From NCBI GenBank assembly GCA_038227875.1, contig JBBRPR010000014.1, forward strand, positions 1-64,000: DNA of 64,000 bases, given 5' to 3'. The notes below the pieces were generated by a model. That model was not told the DNA's origin. It worked only from the letters and a program-made list of their open reading frames with translations, and ran no database searches. Source of the stretch: Planctomycetota bacterium (GTDB lineage Bacteria; Planctomycetota; SZUA-567; H5-PLA8). Every line of letters starts with the position of its first letter. Positions within the stretch are counted from its first letter, which is position 1. Of this stretch, positions 9,068-19,076 are shown piece after piece. Made by a program: the position numbers and the translations under genes.

Positions 9068-9247
9068 GAATCAGGGTCTCCTGTTTTGTCAAAAGTGATG
9101 CTGCATTCTACGATTCTCTACTCCAGTGGTGTTAGGATTGTTCCGGCTTTCCATTAGCACAATTTTGGCTATGTCGGAGGCGAAGACGGAATCGTGCTAG
9201 CAAACAGGACGAAATTGCACAGGGGCAGGCGTTGCATTTTGAGCTGT

Positions 9248-9425
9248 GTAGTCCGGGCGTCTCGCCCGGTCAGACTATACCCAAGTCGAACAATGCATAC
9301 TTCCCGAGCGGCGCTTGCTCAATTGCGAAGCAAACCGCTATTGCTTCGTGGTTGAAAGAGCCCATCGAACAAATTGACCCTGCTCGCTCATTCCGAGATT
9401 TGACCGGGCGGGACGCCCGGACTGC
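9248..9425. repeat. REP doublet (REPIN/MITE-like), GTAG family
   Basis: gtagtccgggcgtctcgcccggtc ... gaccgggcgggacgcccggactgc inverted ends around a ~130 bp spacer. Confidence 0.85.
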
Positions 9426-9483
9426 GAAACTGCAGGTCGCTCGCGCCGAGTACAACATACCCGCAAACCGGACAATTCAGCGG

Positions 9484-10614
9484 CTACACATACCGCTTCA
9501 ACCATGCCCACGCCTCGCGCTGCATCTCGAGATTGAACTCATGCGGCGCGTCGTAGAGGGAGCCTTTGAACTTTCCCGGCGCGCCGGCTTTGGCGTAGAC
9601 CTGCTCGAGTTTCGCGAAGCATTCCTTCACGCCGGTTAGTTCGAAGAGCTTGTCCTGACTTCCGTTGATCGCCAGCAAGGCGCGCGGCGCGGCGAGGGCG
9701 GCCATGTCGGGGTAGTCCATCTCTTTGTAAAGGCCCGGGATGATCTTGGTGAAGCCGACGCTGTGCGGCATGTGGTGTTCGAGCTGGCGGCGGAAACTGG
9801 CCATCCAACCGACCACGACGCCGGCCTTGATGCGTTCGTCCAGCGCGGTGAGATAGCACGTGCGCAGGCCGCCGACACTTAAACCCACCGCGCCGATGCG
9901 GTCGGGATCGACTTCCGGACGCGTGACCAAGTAATCGACCGTGCGCATGTCGTCGTAAATGATCACGCCCGGCCACGTGAAACCGGCGCAGAGAATCGTG
10001 CGGCCGACGAGCTGCTCGTTCTGACCGGAGCGCGCGTTGAATTCCTGGATGCGCTCGGAGGTGAGCGTCAGCGGGCGCTCGCGCCAGTCGGCGGCGTCGC
10101 CGTCCAGCAGCATGCGCCGCTCGCCCCAGTAAAACATGTCGATCACGATCACGACGTAGCCGTCGCGCGCGAGATCGTCGGCGATCGATCTGCCGCCGTA
10201 GCCATCGCGCCAGGTCTTCAGCTTCTCGTGCTGAGGTTCGACGGCGACGATCTTCTCTTTGCCCCAGAGATAAAATCCGCCGTGGTCGTGCAGCGCCACG
10301 ATCGCGGGGGCGCGGCCTTTGAGATTTTTCGGCACGAGCACAAACGCCGGAACGCGAATGTGCGGCGTGGTGTTGAAATAGATTTTTTCGCGGATGAACT
10401 CGCCGCAGTCGACGCGCTCCACGGTTTCCGCATCGTGCGGACAGACCGGCGGATTGTAGTTGAGCAGGCCGAGAATTTTTGCGCGCATCTCTTCACGCCA
10501 GGCGTGGACGTCGGTGAACCGGGGCTGGAGAAACGAATGCGCGTACTCACCCGTCACTGCCTGGCTGGCAATAAAGGGATACAACGAACCGAGCGACGGA
10601 CCCGTGGCGGCCAT
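9484..10614 (-). CDS. Alpha/beta hydrolase (dienelactone hydrolase / Abhydrolase_7-like)
   Basis: ALHDHGG, nucleophile elbow GLSVGG, D and PHEF; AGGAG RBS before ATG 10614. Confidence 0.88.
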   Translation of the reverse strand: MAATGPSLGSLYPFIASQAVTGEYAHSFLQPRFTDVHAWREEMRAKILGLLNYNPPVCPHDAETVERVDCGEFIREKIYFNTTPHIRVPAFVLVPKNLKGRAPAIVALHDHGGFYLWGKEKIVAVEPQHEKLKTWRDGYGGRSIADDLARDGYVVIVIDMFYWGERRMLLDGDAADWRERPLTLTSERIQEFNARSGQNEQLVGRTILCAGFTWPGVIIYDDMRTVDYLVTRPEVDPDRIGAVGLSVGGLRTCYLTALDERIKAGVVVGWMASFRRQLEHHMPHSVGFTKIIPGLYKEMDYPDMAALAAPRALLAINGSQDKLFELTGVKECFAKLEQVYAKAGAPGKFKGSLYDAPHEFNLEMQREAWAWLKRYV

Positions 10615-10783
10615 GGTTCTCCTTGGAGAATTCGGCGTCGTCGTGGGTAAACTCACACGTGCGTCGGCGAATCATTCGCAACTTGCCCGTGGATTGTTTC
10701 ACCGGCGAGAGTATATGTGTTTGATGGGCGCTACCAATAGAATGTCGCAAAGAAACCGGTGTAGCTCTCGTCAGAGAACTGTG

Positions 10784-12550
10784 ATGATCAGCCGAATCAA
10801 ACTTCTGGCGTGCGCGCTCCTTCTTTGCCCGCCGCTCATTTTTGCCGCGGATGCGCCGGCACCTCCGGTCGCTCCAACTCCCGCTACAAAGACAGAGCCA
10901 GCCAAGCCACGCATGGATGTGCTCGCGCATTTGCGCAGCCATTTCATGCTCGGGCTGGCGACTTCGCCGACGGATCCGTGGATCGACGAGACCCACAAGC
11001 AGGGCGCGGCGTGGGATGCGCGCTACATGTATTTCTGCGGCGGCGTGAACACCGGGAACAACTGGACCACGTGGAATCAGCCGGCCGGCATGTACCTCAC
11101 GATTTTTCTCAACGAGTCCGAGAAGCTGAACACCATCCCCGTCGTCACGTACTACCAGTTGCTGCAGTCGCTGCCGGCGAAGGGCACGGGCGGCGAATCT
11201 CAGGTGAACCGCGTCAATTCCAACAACGCGGCCACGATGAAGGCCTACTACGAAGACGTGAAGCTGGTGATGCAGAAATGCGGCGAGTACCGCACCAAGG
11301 ACGGGCGCGCGGTGCCGATCATTTTTCATCATGAGCCGGACTTGTGGGGCTACTTCTTCATCGGGCCGGAATTCGCGCCGCACGATCCGGACAAAGTTCA
11401 CATCATGGTCAAATCCAGCGGCATGGCCGACGTCGCCGCGTTCGACGACACGATCTCCGGCTTCGGCAAAGCGCTGATTGCGCTGCGCGACAAGTACGCA
11501 CCGAACGTGATCATGGCCGCGCACGTCTCGCGCTGGGGGAATATCGACGCCAAGCAACTGGCCGCGTTTTACGCGCGCTGCGGAACGTGGGACATGTTCT
11601 TCGCCGACGTCAGCGACCGCGATTCCGGCTGGAAGCTCGCGCACAATTACATGACCGGCGGCGCGTGGTGGAAGGACAAGGACTTCGACGACTTCCGGAA
11701 TTTCACCGCGGAGCTTAACCGCATCACCGGTATGAAAATGATGCTCTGGCAGGTCCCCGAAGGCAACACGATCATGGCTTCGTGCAACAACACTGAAGGC
11801 CATTTCATGGACAACCGTCCGGAGTACTTCCTCGAAAACTACCCGACCAACACGCATATCGAAGAATGGGCGAAGTGCGGCGTCATCGGCATTCTATTCG
11901 GCGGCGGCGCGGGTGGATGCACCAGCCGCGGCGACGGCTGTAAGGACGGTATCACCAACCCAACGCCGATCGCGAATAATAAAGGTGAGAAAGCGATCTA
12001 TCCCGACGACGACGGCGGCTACCTGCGCACGCGCGGGATTGGCTACTACAAGAAACCGCTGGCTTTCGGACAGGCACCAAAGCCAGCTGTGAAAGCCGCA
12101 GCGAAAGTGGAAGCTCCGAAAATCGACGAGAGCATGCTGGCCGCATGGCAGCCGAAGCTCGTCGCGCAGATCAACGCCGCCGTGAAGTCCGGCAAGAAAA
12201 TTTCGATCACGCTGGCGATGGGCCGCGACAAGGAAACGTTTACCGTCGCCGGCGCCGACGAAAAAAGTCTGCGCGTGACGATCCAGGACAACCCGATGGA
12301 CTATAGCTGGAAGGACATTCCGCTGGCCGCGCGTCTCCAGGTGATCAAAGGCGCGCTGAGCGGCGACGACGACGTCAATGGTCTGCTGCTGGTCGCGCTC
12401 TACGCGGCGGTGAGCGGCGATAAAGCGGTCAGCGACGAATTCCTGGCCAAGGCCTCGCTGAAGGATTCCGCGGCGGCACTGGAGTTGAAGTCCGCGCTGG
12501 TCGCGAGTGCGCCAGCGCCGGTAACGGAAAAATCGGAGAAGAAGGACTGA
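10784..12550 (+). CDS. Secreted putative glycoside hydrolase (TIM barrel) with extra C-terminal domain
   Basis: Signal peptide, Pro/Ala linker, HHEPDLWGY motif, Trp-rich, second linker then C-terminal domain. Confidence 0.7.
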   Translation: MISRIKLLACALLLCPPLIFAADAPAPPVAPTPATKTEPAKPRMDVLAHLRSHFMLGLATSPTDPWIDETHKQGAAWDARYMYFCGGVNTGNNWTTWNQPAGMYLTIFLNESEKLNTIPVVTYYQLLQSLPAKGTGGESQVNRVNSNNAATMKAYYEDVKLVMQKCGEYRTKDGRAVPIIFHHEPDLWGYFFIGPEFAPHDPDKVHIMVKSSGMADVAAFDDTISGFGKALIALRDKYAPNVIMAAHVSRWGNIDAKQLAAFYARCGTWDMFFADVSDRDSGWKLAHNYMTGGAWWKDKDFDDFRNFTAELNRITGMKMMLWQVPEGNTIMASCNNTEGHFMDNRPEYFLENYPTNTHIEEWAKCGVIGILFGGGAGGCTSRGDGCKDGITNPTPIANNKGEKAIYPDDDGGYLRTRGIGYYKKPLAFGQAPKPAVKAAAKVEAPKIDESMLAAWQPKLVAQINAAVKSGKKISITLAMGRDKETFTVAGADEKSLRVTIQDNPMDYSWKDIPLAARLQVIKGALSGDDDVNGLLLVALYAAVSGDKAVSDEFLAKASLKDSAAALELKSALVASAPAPVTEKSEKKD

Positions 12551-12560
12551 GGACTGAGGA

Positions 12561-12594
12561 ACAAAAACTCCCCGCTTACGCGAGGAGTTTTTGT
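12561..12594. terminator. Bidirectional terminator between convergent genes, framed by GGACTGA/CAGTCCT heptamers
   Basis: acaaaaactcc-ccgcttacgcga-ggagtttttgt. Confidence 0.75.
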
Positions 12595-12650
12595 TTCCCT
12601 AACTTAAAGAGAGAAGCGACGCGCCGTAACCGCAGTCCTCAGTCCTGTCC

Positions 12651-12995
12651 CTATTTGATCGAAATCAATTCTACCTCAAAAATCAGCGTGTCGCCGGCCT
12701 TGATGCCGCTGCCGGGCGGAGGGTTCTGGCCGTAGGCGAGCTTGGAAGGGATGACCAGCAGGGCTTTCGAGCCGACGGTCATTTTCTGCAGACCTTCGGT
12801 CCAGCCGGCGATAACCTGGTTGAGCGGAAAAGAAATCGTCGCGCCGCGCGGGTAGGAGCTGTCGAAGACGAAGCCGTTTTCGAGCTTGCCGGTGTAATGC
12901 ACTTCCACGGTATCGGTTTTCTTGGGCGAAGCGCCTTTGCCTTCCCGCAGAATCTTGTACTGCAGGCCGCTGGGCAGTGTGATCAAGTTTTCCAT
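12651..12995 (-). CDS. FKBP-type peptidyl-prolyl isomerase
   Basis: VHYTGKL, FDSS, VIAGWTEGL, LAYG, LIFEVEL. Confidence 0.97.
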   Translation of the reverse strand: MENLITLPSGLQYKILREGKGASPKKTDTVEVHYTGKLENGFVFDSSYPRGATISFPLNQVIAGWTEGLQKMTVGSKALLVIPSKLAYGQNPPPGSGIKAGDTLIFEVELISIK

Positions 12996-13123
12996 GTCGA
13001 CGAGCCTCCGGAAAAGTCTGAGGCGTCCGCCGCACCACGGGCTTCTGCCCGCACGATCGCGCCGCCTGATTTCACGCGAACGCTTGTAACGTGGAGGTGG
13101 AATTCGTCAACAGGTACTTGCCG

Positions 13124-13669
13124 CTAAGGCTTGCGGAACACAAAGAGATTGTTAAGCCCAAACTGAAAGCTCTTTCGCGCATGCAGTTCCATACCAGCGC
13201 GTTTAAAAATTTCCGGGGATTCATTGGGGTGGAAGCCGTGGTGCTGCTCCAGCGACATACCATCGATGATGCGGAAGAACTTGAGCACATGCAGGATGTA
13301 ATCCACGTTCGTCGACGGCACCGTCACCATTAGAAAACCACCCGGCTTCAGATGCTTGAAAATCCCTTGCGCCAGACTGTCCTGCTCCTTCGGCAGAATA
13401 TGTTCGAGGACGGCGAGCATGGTAATGCAATCGAACGGGCCGACGTCGGGCACATCATCAGGAAATGTGCCGCGAATGACGCGGATGTTGCCTTCTTCAT
13501 AGTGATTCGTGGCACCCGGATCGATGCCGATCCCCAGTGTCAGATCGCCGACGTGCCGGAAGATTTCACCGTCGTAGCAGCCAATGTCGAGCAGCCTGTC
13601 GCCCGGTTTAATGTAAGGTTTGGCCATGCTCAGCCGCCAACGCTGAAGCATGCGGTCGAAACGTTTCAT
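13124..13669 (-). CDS. Class I SAM-dependent methyltransferase
   Basis: LLDIGCYDG, FDCITMLAVLEH, LKPGG. Confidence 0.9.
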   Translation of the reverse strand: MKRFDRMLQRWRLSMAKPYIKPGDRLLDIGCYDGEIFRHVGDLTLGIGIDPGATNHYEEGNIRVIRGTFPDDVPDVGPFDCITMLAVLEHILPKEQDSLAQGIFKHLKPGGFLMVTVPSTNVDYILHVLKFFRIIDGMSLEQHHGFHPNESPEIFKRAGMELHARKSFQFGLNNLFVFRKP

Positions 13670-15228
13670 GGATTGCCCGGACCTTCCTTCTTTGAGGGTG
13701 TGGCGGGAATTGTCGGTGGCGGGCCATCGGGGCCAGTTAAAGCGTAAACCAGCGCGTGTTCATAAACGCGGACCGGGCGCCAGATGCCTTCGCGCAAGCC
13801 TGGCAGATCCAATTCTTGTGACTGATTCTGGATGACCATGTACCGCGCGTTGAACATCTTTGCCAAGAGTGCTCCATCGACTTTGAGACGCTGGCTGCGC
13901 ATGCCTTCCAGCAAATCGGCCTGCTCCTTGTCATAGAGCAGCGTGAAATGCGGATCCATGCCCCAGACGTACGTACGATCAACTCCATCGTAGTACAAAT
14001 CCGGAAAATCGTGCCACCACAGATTGACGATGGTCTCGCCCGGTTGCGTGCGCGGACGGAGCCACTCCAGCGCGGCGCGAAAATGCGGAGCGTGGGCTTC
14101 GGATTTCGTGTCGTACCAGAACATCGCCGATAGTACGTGCCCCGTGGCGAGCAGCACGACCGCCAGCGCCATCCCGGCCGCCACGCGTCCCGGGACGGGA
14201 TTCTGAAAGAGCGCGGCGAGGTCCACCTGCTGCAATGCATCGCGTATAGTGAAGCCCAGCGTGACGGCAAGCACGGGCACGGCGTATTCAAAGCTCCGGG
14301 CAAACTTAACGCTCAGCAGTGACCAGAAGACAGTGAGGATTAACAGTCCCAGCAACTCCGGAGAGCGCCGGCTCCGCAGACGCCAGCCGGTGATCAGCAC
14401 GCCGGCGAGCGTCACAAAATACAGCGGATGAAAGAACAGGAGATCGCGCGCCGAGTACGCGGTCATTTCGCTGCCGAGTTCGAACGACGGCCCGCCGTGC
14501 GCGGAGCTGGTAATTTCCTTCACGATCACGATGAACGTGTCGAGTGTGTGCGGTGAATACGGATGAATCACGAGCCCCGCGATCACGCCGCCGAGGGCCG
14601 CGCAGACCGAACGCCAATCGAGCCCGCCGCCGGCCAGCCAGCGACCGAAGACAAATGGAGCGCCGATGAAAATCAGGATGAACGGTACCGAGTAACTCCA
14701 CGCATAGACGAAACCGAGCGCGATCAGCCAGCGCCAGCTGCGTGAAATAAAAAGCTGCAGCCCGATGACGGCCAGCACGATGCTCAACACGTGCGCGCGG
14801 ACGCATTCCAGCCGCACCAGAAAATCGCCGCCCATGCAGAGCATTGCCAGCGCAAAGACCCACGCCAGCGGCACGTTGCTTTTCCGCAGCAGGAAATACA
14901 CGCTGCTGAAGACAGCCGCGACGAGCAGCAGGGAACAGTACAGCGCGCCGGTGATCGGCTCAGCGGCGTTGCGTGTAAATGGGATCAGCAGAACGTGGTA
15001 GAGAAATTCCTTGTCGCAGAAGTGGTCTTTCCAGACGCTCGCCTGCGTCCACGGGAAGGTGCGTTCCAGAAAATGGGCAGGCATCTGCTGAGCGAACCGC
15101 GCATGAAAATAACTCTCGCGGTCGTAGACGCCGGGCTTCAGGCTATGCGCGGCCGCGTACAAATAGATCACGTATGCCAGCGCCAGAAAGGGCGCGAGCT
15201 TCGCCAAGGTTTCACGCGTGCGGGACAT
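13666..15228 (-). CDS. Multi-pass membrane protein, GT-C glycosyltransferase-like
   Basis: About 10-12 TM segments, DRESYFH loop after TM1, C-terminal soluble domain; overlaps the methyltransferase start. Confidence 0.65.
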   Translation of the reverse strand: MSRTRETLAKLAPFLALAYVIYLYAAAHSLKPGVYDRESYFHARFAQQMPAHFLERTFPWTQASVWKDHFCDKEFLYHVLLIPFTRNAAEPITGALYCSLLLVAAVFSSVYFLLRKSNVPLAWVFALAMLCMGGDFLVRLECVRAHVLSIVLAVIGLQLFISRSWRWLIALGFVYAWSYSVPFILIFIGAPFVFGRWLAGGGLDWRSVCAALGGVIAGLVIHPYSPHTLDTFIVIVKEITSSAHGGPSFELGSEMTAYSARDLLFFHPLYFVTLAGVLITGWRLRSRRSPELLGLLILTVFWSLLSVKFARSFEYAVPVLAVTLGFTIRDALQQVDLAALFQNPVPGRVAAGMALAVVLLATGHVLSAMFWYDTKSEAHAPHFRAALEWLRPRTQPGETIVNLWWHDFPDLYYDGVDRTYVWGMDPHFTLLYDKEQADLLEGMRSQRLKVDGALLAKMFNARYMVIQNQSQELDLPGLREGIWRPVRVYEHALVYALTGPDGPPPTIPATPSKKEGPGNP

Positions 15229-15257
15229 TGGCTGGCATGTTACCCGTTGCGCGAAGC

Positions 15258-15992
15258 CTACGCAAACTCGCGCTTTGGCCTGCGGCGTGGATGACGTCGG
15301 CGGTACTCGGCCGGCGTGATGCCCAGCTCACGGCGGAAATCGGCGATGAATTGCGAGGTGCTCGCGATCCCCACGCGCTGCGCGATTTCGGCGAGCTTCA
15401 AGGCCGAATGGACGAGCAGGCGGCAGGCTTCCTCGTTGCGCAGCCGCCGCACTTCATCGCGAAATGGCCGGCCGACGCTGGCCGTGAATGTCCGCGAGAG
15501 ATGTCCGGTGCTGACGTTGAGCTGCGCGGCGTACTGTTCGAGCGTCTGCGGATTTTTCAGCGACGCGCGCATCGCCGCGAGCATGCTCCGGACTTTTGCG
15601 GCCATCGCGCTCGCCGGTTTTTGCGGAGCGAGATGCGCCAGCAGCTCATCGAGGTATGCATGCATGCTCCGCGCAAGCTGCTTCCAGCTTTTCAGCCGCG
15701 ACACGGCTTCGAGCATCGCCAGGTGTTCGTCGAAGAGTACGTCGCTGTCTCCGCCGCCGCGGCGCGCGCCGCGCATGCAGGCGCTCATGGTCTGGCAGCA
15801 GCGGATTTTTCCCAGTGCGAGCGTGGCGCTGTCGCGGATGAACAGCGCGATCAGCGCATCGAGATCGCGGTGCGCCTGGGCGCGCATGCCGTACTCGATC
15901 TCCGAAGCGAGCTTCGGCAGCAGCTCCCAGCGGTAGCGCCGAGGTGCGCCGCGCTGCGTCCGTGACTTTTTTGTGGATCGTCGGGATGTCAT
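15258..15992 (-). CDS. AraC family transcriptional regulator
   Basis: C-terminal double HTH (HLSRTF...IAQRVG...FRRELGITPAEYR). Confidence 0.9.
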   Translation of the reverse strand: MTSRRSTKKSRTQRGAPRRYRWELLPKLASEIEYGMRAQAHRDLDALIALFIRDSATLALGKIRCCQTMSACMRGARRGGGDSDVLFDEHLAMLEAVSRLKSWKQLARSMHAYLDELLAHLAPQKPASAMAAKVRSMLAAMRASLKNPQTLEQYAAQLNVSTGHLSRTFTASVGRPFRDEVRRLRNEEACRLLVHSALKLAEIAQRVGIASTSQFIADFRRELGITPAEYRRRHPRRRPKREFA

Positions 15993-16101
15993 ACTTTCGA
16001 TAGTGATAGCACCGCCCCGGTATTGCGATCAATCGTTTTTCCGGCCTAATTGCAGTCACGAGCGCAAAAGACGCTTGCGGCTAAACCGGAGAGCGAAAAT
16101 T

Positions 16102-16857
16102 ATGAAATGGACGCCCGAACAACTGGCTCAATACGAACGCGACGGCTATCTGCTCGTCCGCGGGCTGCTCAATTCCAATGAAGTTGCCAAACTGCACGAA
16201 CCGATGGAAGTACTGCTCACCGGCGACGAGAAAGTCGACCAGATTCATCGCGAGCGTGAGAAGAGCGGCGCGGTTCGCGCGGTTTTCCTGGCGCATCGCC
16301 ACCAGCCCGAATACCGCGAGCTCATTCGCAATCCGAAAATTCTCGACCCCATCAAGCAGCTCACAGGCAACGACGTCTATATCTGGCACACCAAGGTCAA
16401 TGTGAAAGACGCGTTCGAAGGCGCGGTGTGGCTCTGGCATCAGGACTACGGTTATTGGATGTGGGACGGCATCGCACCAAAAGTGTCGTCAGCGATGGTA
16501 ATGCTTGACCGCGCGACGCTTAACAACGGCTGTCTGATGGTCATCGCCGGCTCGCACAAGTGGAACCGGCTCGAACATTACGCCGACACCGTCACCACGA
16601 GTTACAAGCAGTGGTGCATCGATACGAAGACGCTGAAGGAACGCGTGAAAGAAGAAGACATTCGCCACGTCACCGGCGAGCCCGGTGACGTCTTGTTCTT
16701 CCACTGCAATCTCGTCCACGGCAGCGGCCACAACATGTCACCGCTCCCGCGCAAGACGTTCATCATCTGCTACAACGACATCGCCAACAAACCGACGCCG
16801 GTCGAGAAGCCCCGTCCGGATTGGGTTGTGTCGCGTGAATTCGATATTGTGAAGTAG
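16102..16857 (+). CDS. Phytanoyl-CoA dioxygenase family Fe/2OG enzyme (ectoine/proline hydroxylase-like)
   Basis: YERDGYL, WHQDYGYW, NGCLMVIAGSH, GDVLFFH..VHGSGHNMS..R. Confidence 0.9.
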   Translation: MKWTPEQLAQYERDGYLLVRGLLNSNEVAKLHEPMEVLLTGDEKVDQIHREREKSGAVRAVFLAHRHQPEYRELIRNPKILDPIKQLTGNDVYIWHTKVNVKDAFEGAVWLWHQDYGYWMWDGIAPKVSSAMVMLDRATLNNGCLMVIAGSHKWNRLEHYADTVTTSYKQWCIDTKTLKERVKEEDIRHVTGEPGDVLFFHCNLVHGSGHNMSPLPRKTFIICYNDIANKPTPVEKPRPDWVVSREFDIVK

Positions 16858-16921
16858 CGGTATAGGCAATCGTATTAGGTAGAAGGCAGTAACGGCTGCA
16901 GAAGTCGCGACTGCCTTTTGC

Positions 16922-17782
16922 CTACTGGACGTTCACGTTCCGATCTTCCGCCAGACCGCTCGACCAGGCCTTGGACGAATCGAAGGGGCATCCCGGCGGC
17001 ATCGGTACGACGTTCAGTGTTTCCACGCTGATCTCCTTTTCCTGCACGCGGATCAAACGCGCCTGGAATGGAGGCTCAGCCAGCGACGAAGTCGTCAATT
17101 GCATGCGCGACGGAAATCCTGTCGCGCAGGTGACGTGATTGTGGCCGGAGAGCATCAGCTTCACGAGGGGGTGGCGGTCGAGCAAGTCGATCATCCGCGA
17201 CGCGTACGACGCCGAGGGGCCGTGCATGTCGGTGCACTTTCCGGTCAAGCGTGGCGGCAGCGGATCGAGCGGCGCATGCACGACGACGATTGCCGCGCGC
17301 GTCAGCTTCGCCAACTCGGCTTCGAGCCATTGCCACTGCGGTTCGAGCAGCGCTTCGGTACAGCCGCCGCAGTCCCAGTAAAAATCAGCGTTGCCCTGAC
17401 TGACCCACGCATTGTTGAGCAGGATTACATCGCATTGCTTCAGCGCGATGACGCGATCGGCGAACAGCACTTTCGCATTTTGCGTGGCTGCCGTCCAGAG
17501 TTCCATGGAATTGCGCAGCGCCAGATCGTGATTGCCTGTGCAGACGGCAACCGGCGCATCCATTCCGCGCAGCGACGCCATCGCATTCTGGATCTCCGGC
17601 CACGTACCGTGCTCGGTCATGTCGCCGCCGTGGACGACCAGATCCACGCCGCGCGTCCGGACGAGCTCGCGGATCGCCCGAAACATCTCCGGCAGCAGAT
17701 CCATGCGCCGCGGCTGCTGCACGAATCCGCCGAGGCCGGCGCCTTCGTGAGAATCGGTCAGGAAGAGAATCGTGTCGGTCAA
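16922..17782 (-). CDS. Calcineurin-like metallophosphoesterase
   Basis: TDSH, GGD, GNHD, H, SGHNH motifs. Confidence 0.88.
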   Translation of the reverse strand: MTDTILFLTDSHEGAGLGGFVQQPRRMDLLPEMFRAIRELVRTRGVDLVVHGGDMTEHGTWPEIQNAMASLRGMDAPVAVCTGNHDLALRNSMELWTAATQNAKVLFADRVIALKQCDVILLNNAWVSQGNADFYWDCGGCTEALLEPQWQWLEAELAKLTRAAIVVVHAPLDPLPPRLTGKCTDMHGPSASYASRMIDLLDRHPLVKLMLSGHNHVTCATGFPSRMQLTTSSLAEPPFQARLIRVQEKEISVETLNVVPMPPGCPFDSSKAWSSGLAEDRNVNVQ

Positions 17783-17794
17783 GGACAGGTCCTT

Positions 17795-17975
17795 TTATTG
17801 CGGATTTCGGATTTCGGATTAGCGAAGGGAATCCGTCCGCAATGCAAAGTATGTCTCGAGAGCGCGTGCAAAGCCCACTGAAATTAGTCTCGCATAACAT
17901 CGATCTCGAAGCAACTTGTGCAGAACGGACTGAACCGCTTCGCCAATCCGCAATCCGCAATCCAAAATCCGCAAT
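17795..17975. repeat. Heptamer-ended (CGGATTK / AATCCGC) inverted-repeat element, copy 1
   Basis: ttattgcggatttcggatttcggattagcgaag ... cttcgccaatccgcaatccgcaatccaaaatccgcaat. Confidence 0.85.
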
Positions 17976-18056
17976 GCCGTTCACTTCGCTCGCTTTTTCG
18001 TCGCCCACATATTACCGTTTCCCCCACCAACACCCCTTCTTAAGGAGTACTTCCAA

Positions 18057-19025
18057 ATGCCAATGGTTGATAAACCGTTGCCTGAACTCTTGCAGTACCA
18101 GGGCCGCAATCCGTGTCCGGCGGATATGGATTCGTTCTGGGACAACAGCCTTGCCGAAATGCACAAGCTCAACGCGCAGGTTGAATTTCAGCCTTCGTCG
18201 TTCACCGTGCCCAATGTCGAATGCTTCGACCTGTATTTCCGCGGCATGGGCGGCGCCCGGATTCACGCCAAGTACGCGCGACCTAAAGGCGCGGGCAAGA
18301 GCGGCAAGCTGCCGGCCGTCTGCATGTTTCATGGCTACTCGGGAAATTGCGGCGATTGGCTCGATAAGCTGGCGTGGGCCGGCCAGGGGTTTGTTGTCGC
18401 TGCGCTGGATTGCCGCGGTCAGGCCGGTCAGTCGGAAGACGTCGGCGGCGTAAAGGGCAACACGCTACGCGGCCACATTATTCGCGGTCTGGATGAAGCG
18501 TCGCCGGCCAAGCTGCTCTTTCGCGACATATTCCTCGATACGGCTCAGTTGGCGCGCATCGTGATGAGCCAGCCGGAAGTGGACCCCACGCGCGTCGGGG
18601 CAACTGGCGGTTCGCAGGGCGGCGCGCTGACGCTGGCCTGCGCGGCACTGGAACCGAAGATCAAGCGCTCGGCGCCGGTCTTTCCGTTCCTCTGCGATTA
18701 CCTCCGCGTCTGGGAGATGGACCTGGCGAAGGGCGCGTACGAAGAACTCGCGACGTACTTCCGCAATTTCGATCCGCGCCACGAACGCAAAGACGCGATC
18801 TTCGAACGCCTCGGCTACATCGATTGCCAGCATCTGGCCAAGCGCACCAAGGCCCAGACGCTGATGGCCGTGGGCCTGATGGACACGATCTGCCCGCCAT
18901 CGACGCAGTTTGCCGCCTACAACAAGATCACGGCGAAGAAGGATCTGATCATTTACCCCGACTTCGGCCACGAAGGCCTGCCGGGCGCGAACGAGAGAAT
19001 CTTTCAGTTCATGCTCGGACTGTAA
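18057..19025 (+). CDS. Acetyl xylan esterase / cephalosporin-C deacetylase (CE7)
   Basis: FHGY, RGQ, GGSQGG, D.ICPPSTQFAAYN, GHE. Confidence 0.95.
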   Translation: MPMVDKPLPELLQYQGRNPCPADMDSFWDNSLAEMHKLNAQVEFQPSSFTVPNVECFDLYFRGMGGARIHAKYARPKGAGKSGKLPAVCMFHGYSGNCGDWLDKLAWAGQGFVVAALDCRGQAGQSEDVGGVKGNTLRGHIIRGLDEASPAKLLFRDIFLDTAQLARIVMSQPEVDPTRVGATGGSQGGALTLACAALEPKIKRSAPVFPFLCDYLRVWEMDLAKGAYEELATYFRNFDPRHERKDAIFERLGYIDCQHLAKRTKAQTLMAVGLMDTICPPSTQFAAYNKITAKKDLIIYPDFGHEGLPGANERIFQFMLGL

Positions 19026-19076
19026 TGTTTGGCGGTCCCTCGGGTCAATGGGCCCGAGGGAGCTTGGTCGGCGGAC

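Noticed and set aside
10460..10783. Long N-terminal extensions in the ORF track (also 15973, 31705, 48156, 48857)
   Set aside because: They overlap neighbouring genes or precede clear signal peptides or RBSs; downstream starts were used.
16102..16857. Calling this gene ectD
   Set aside because: No ectABC nearby and the EctD signature is only partly matched (WLWHQDYGYW); left at family level.
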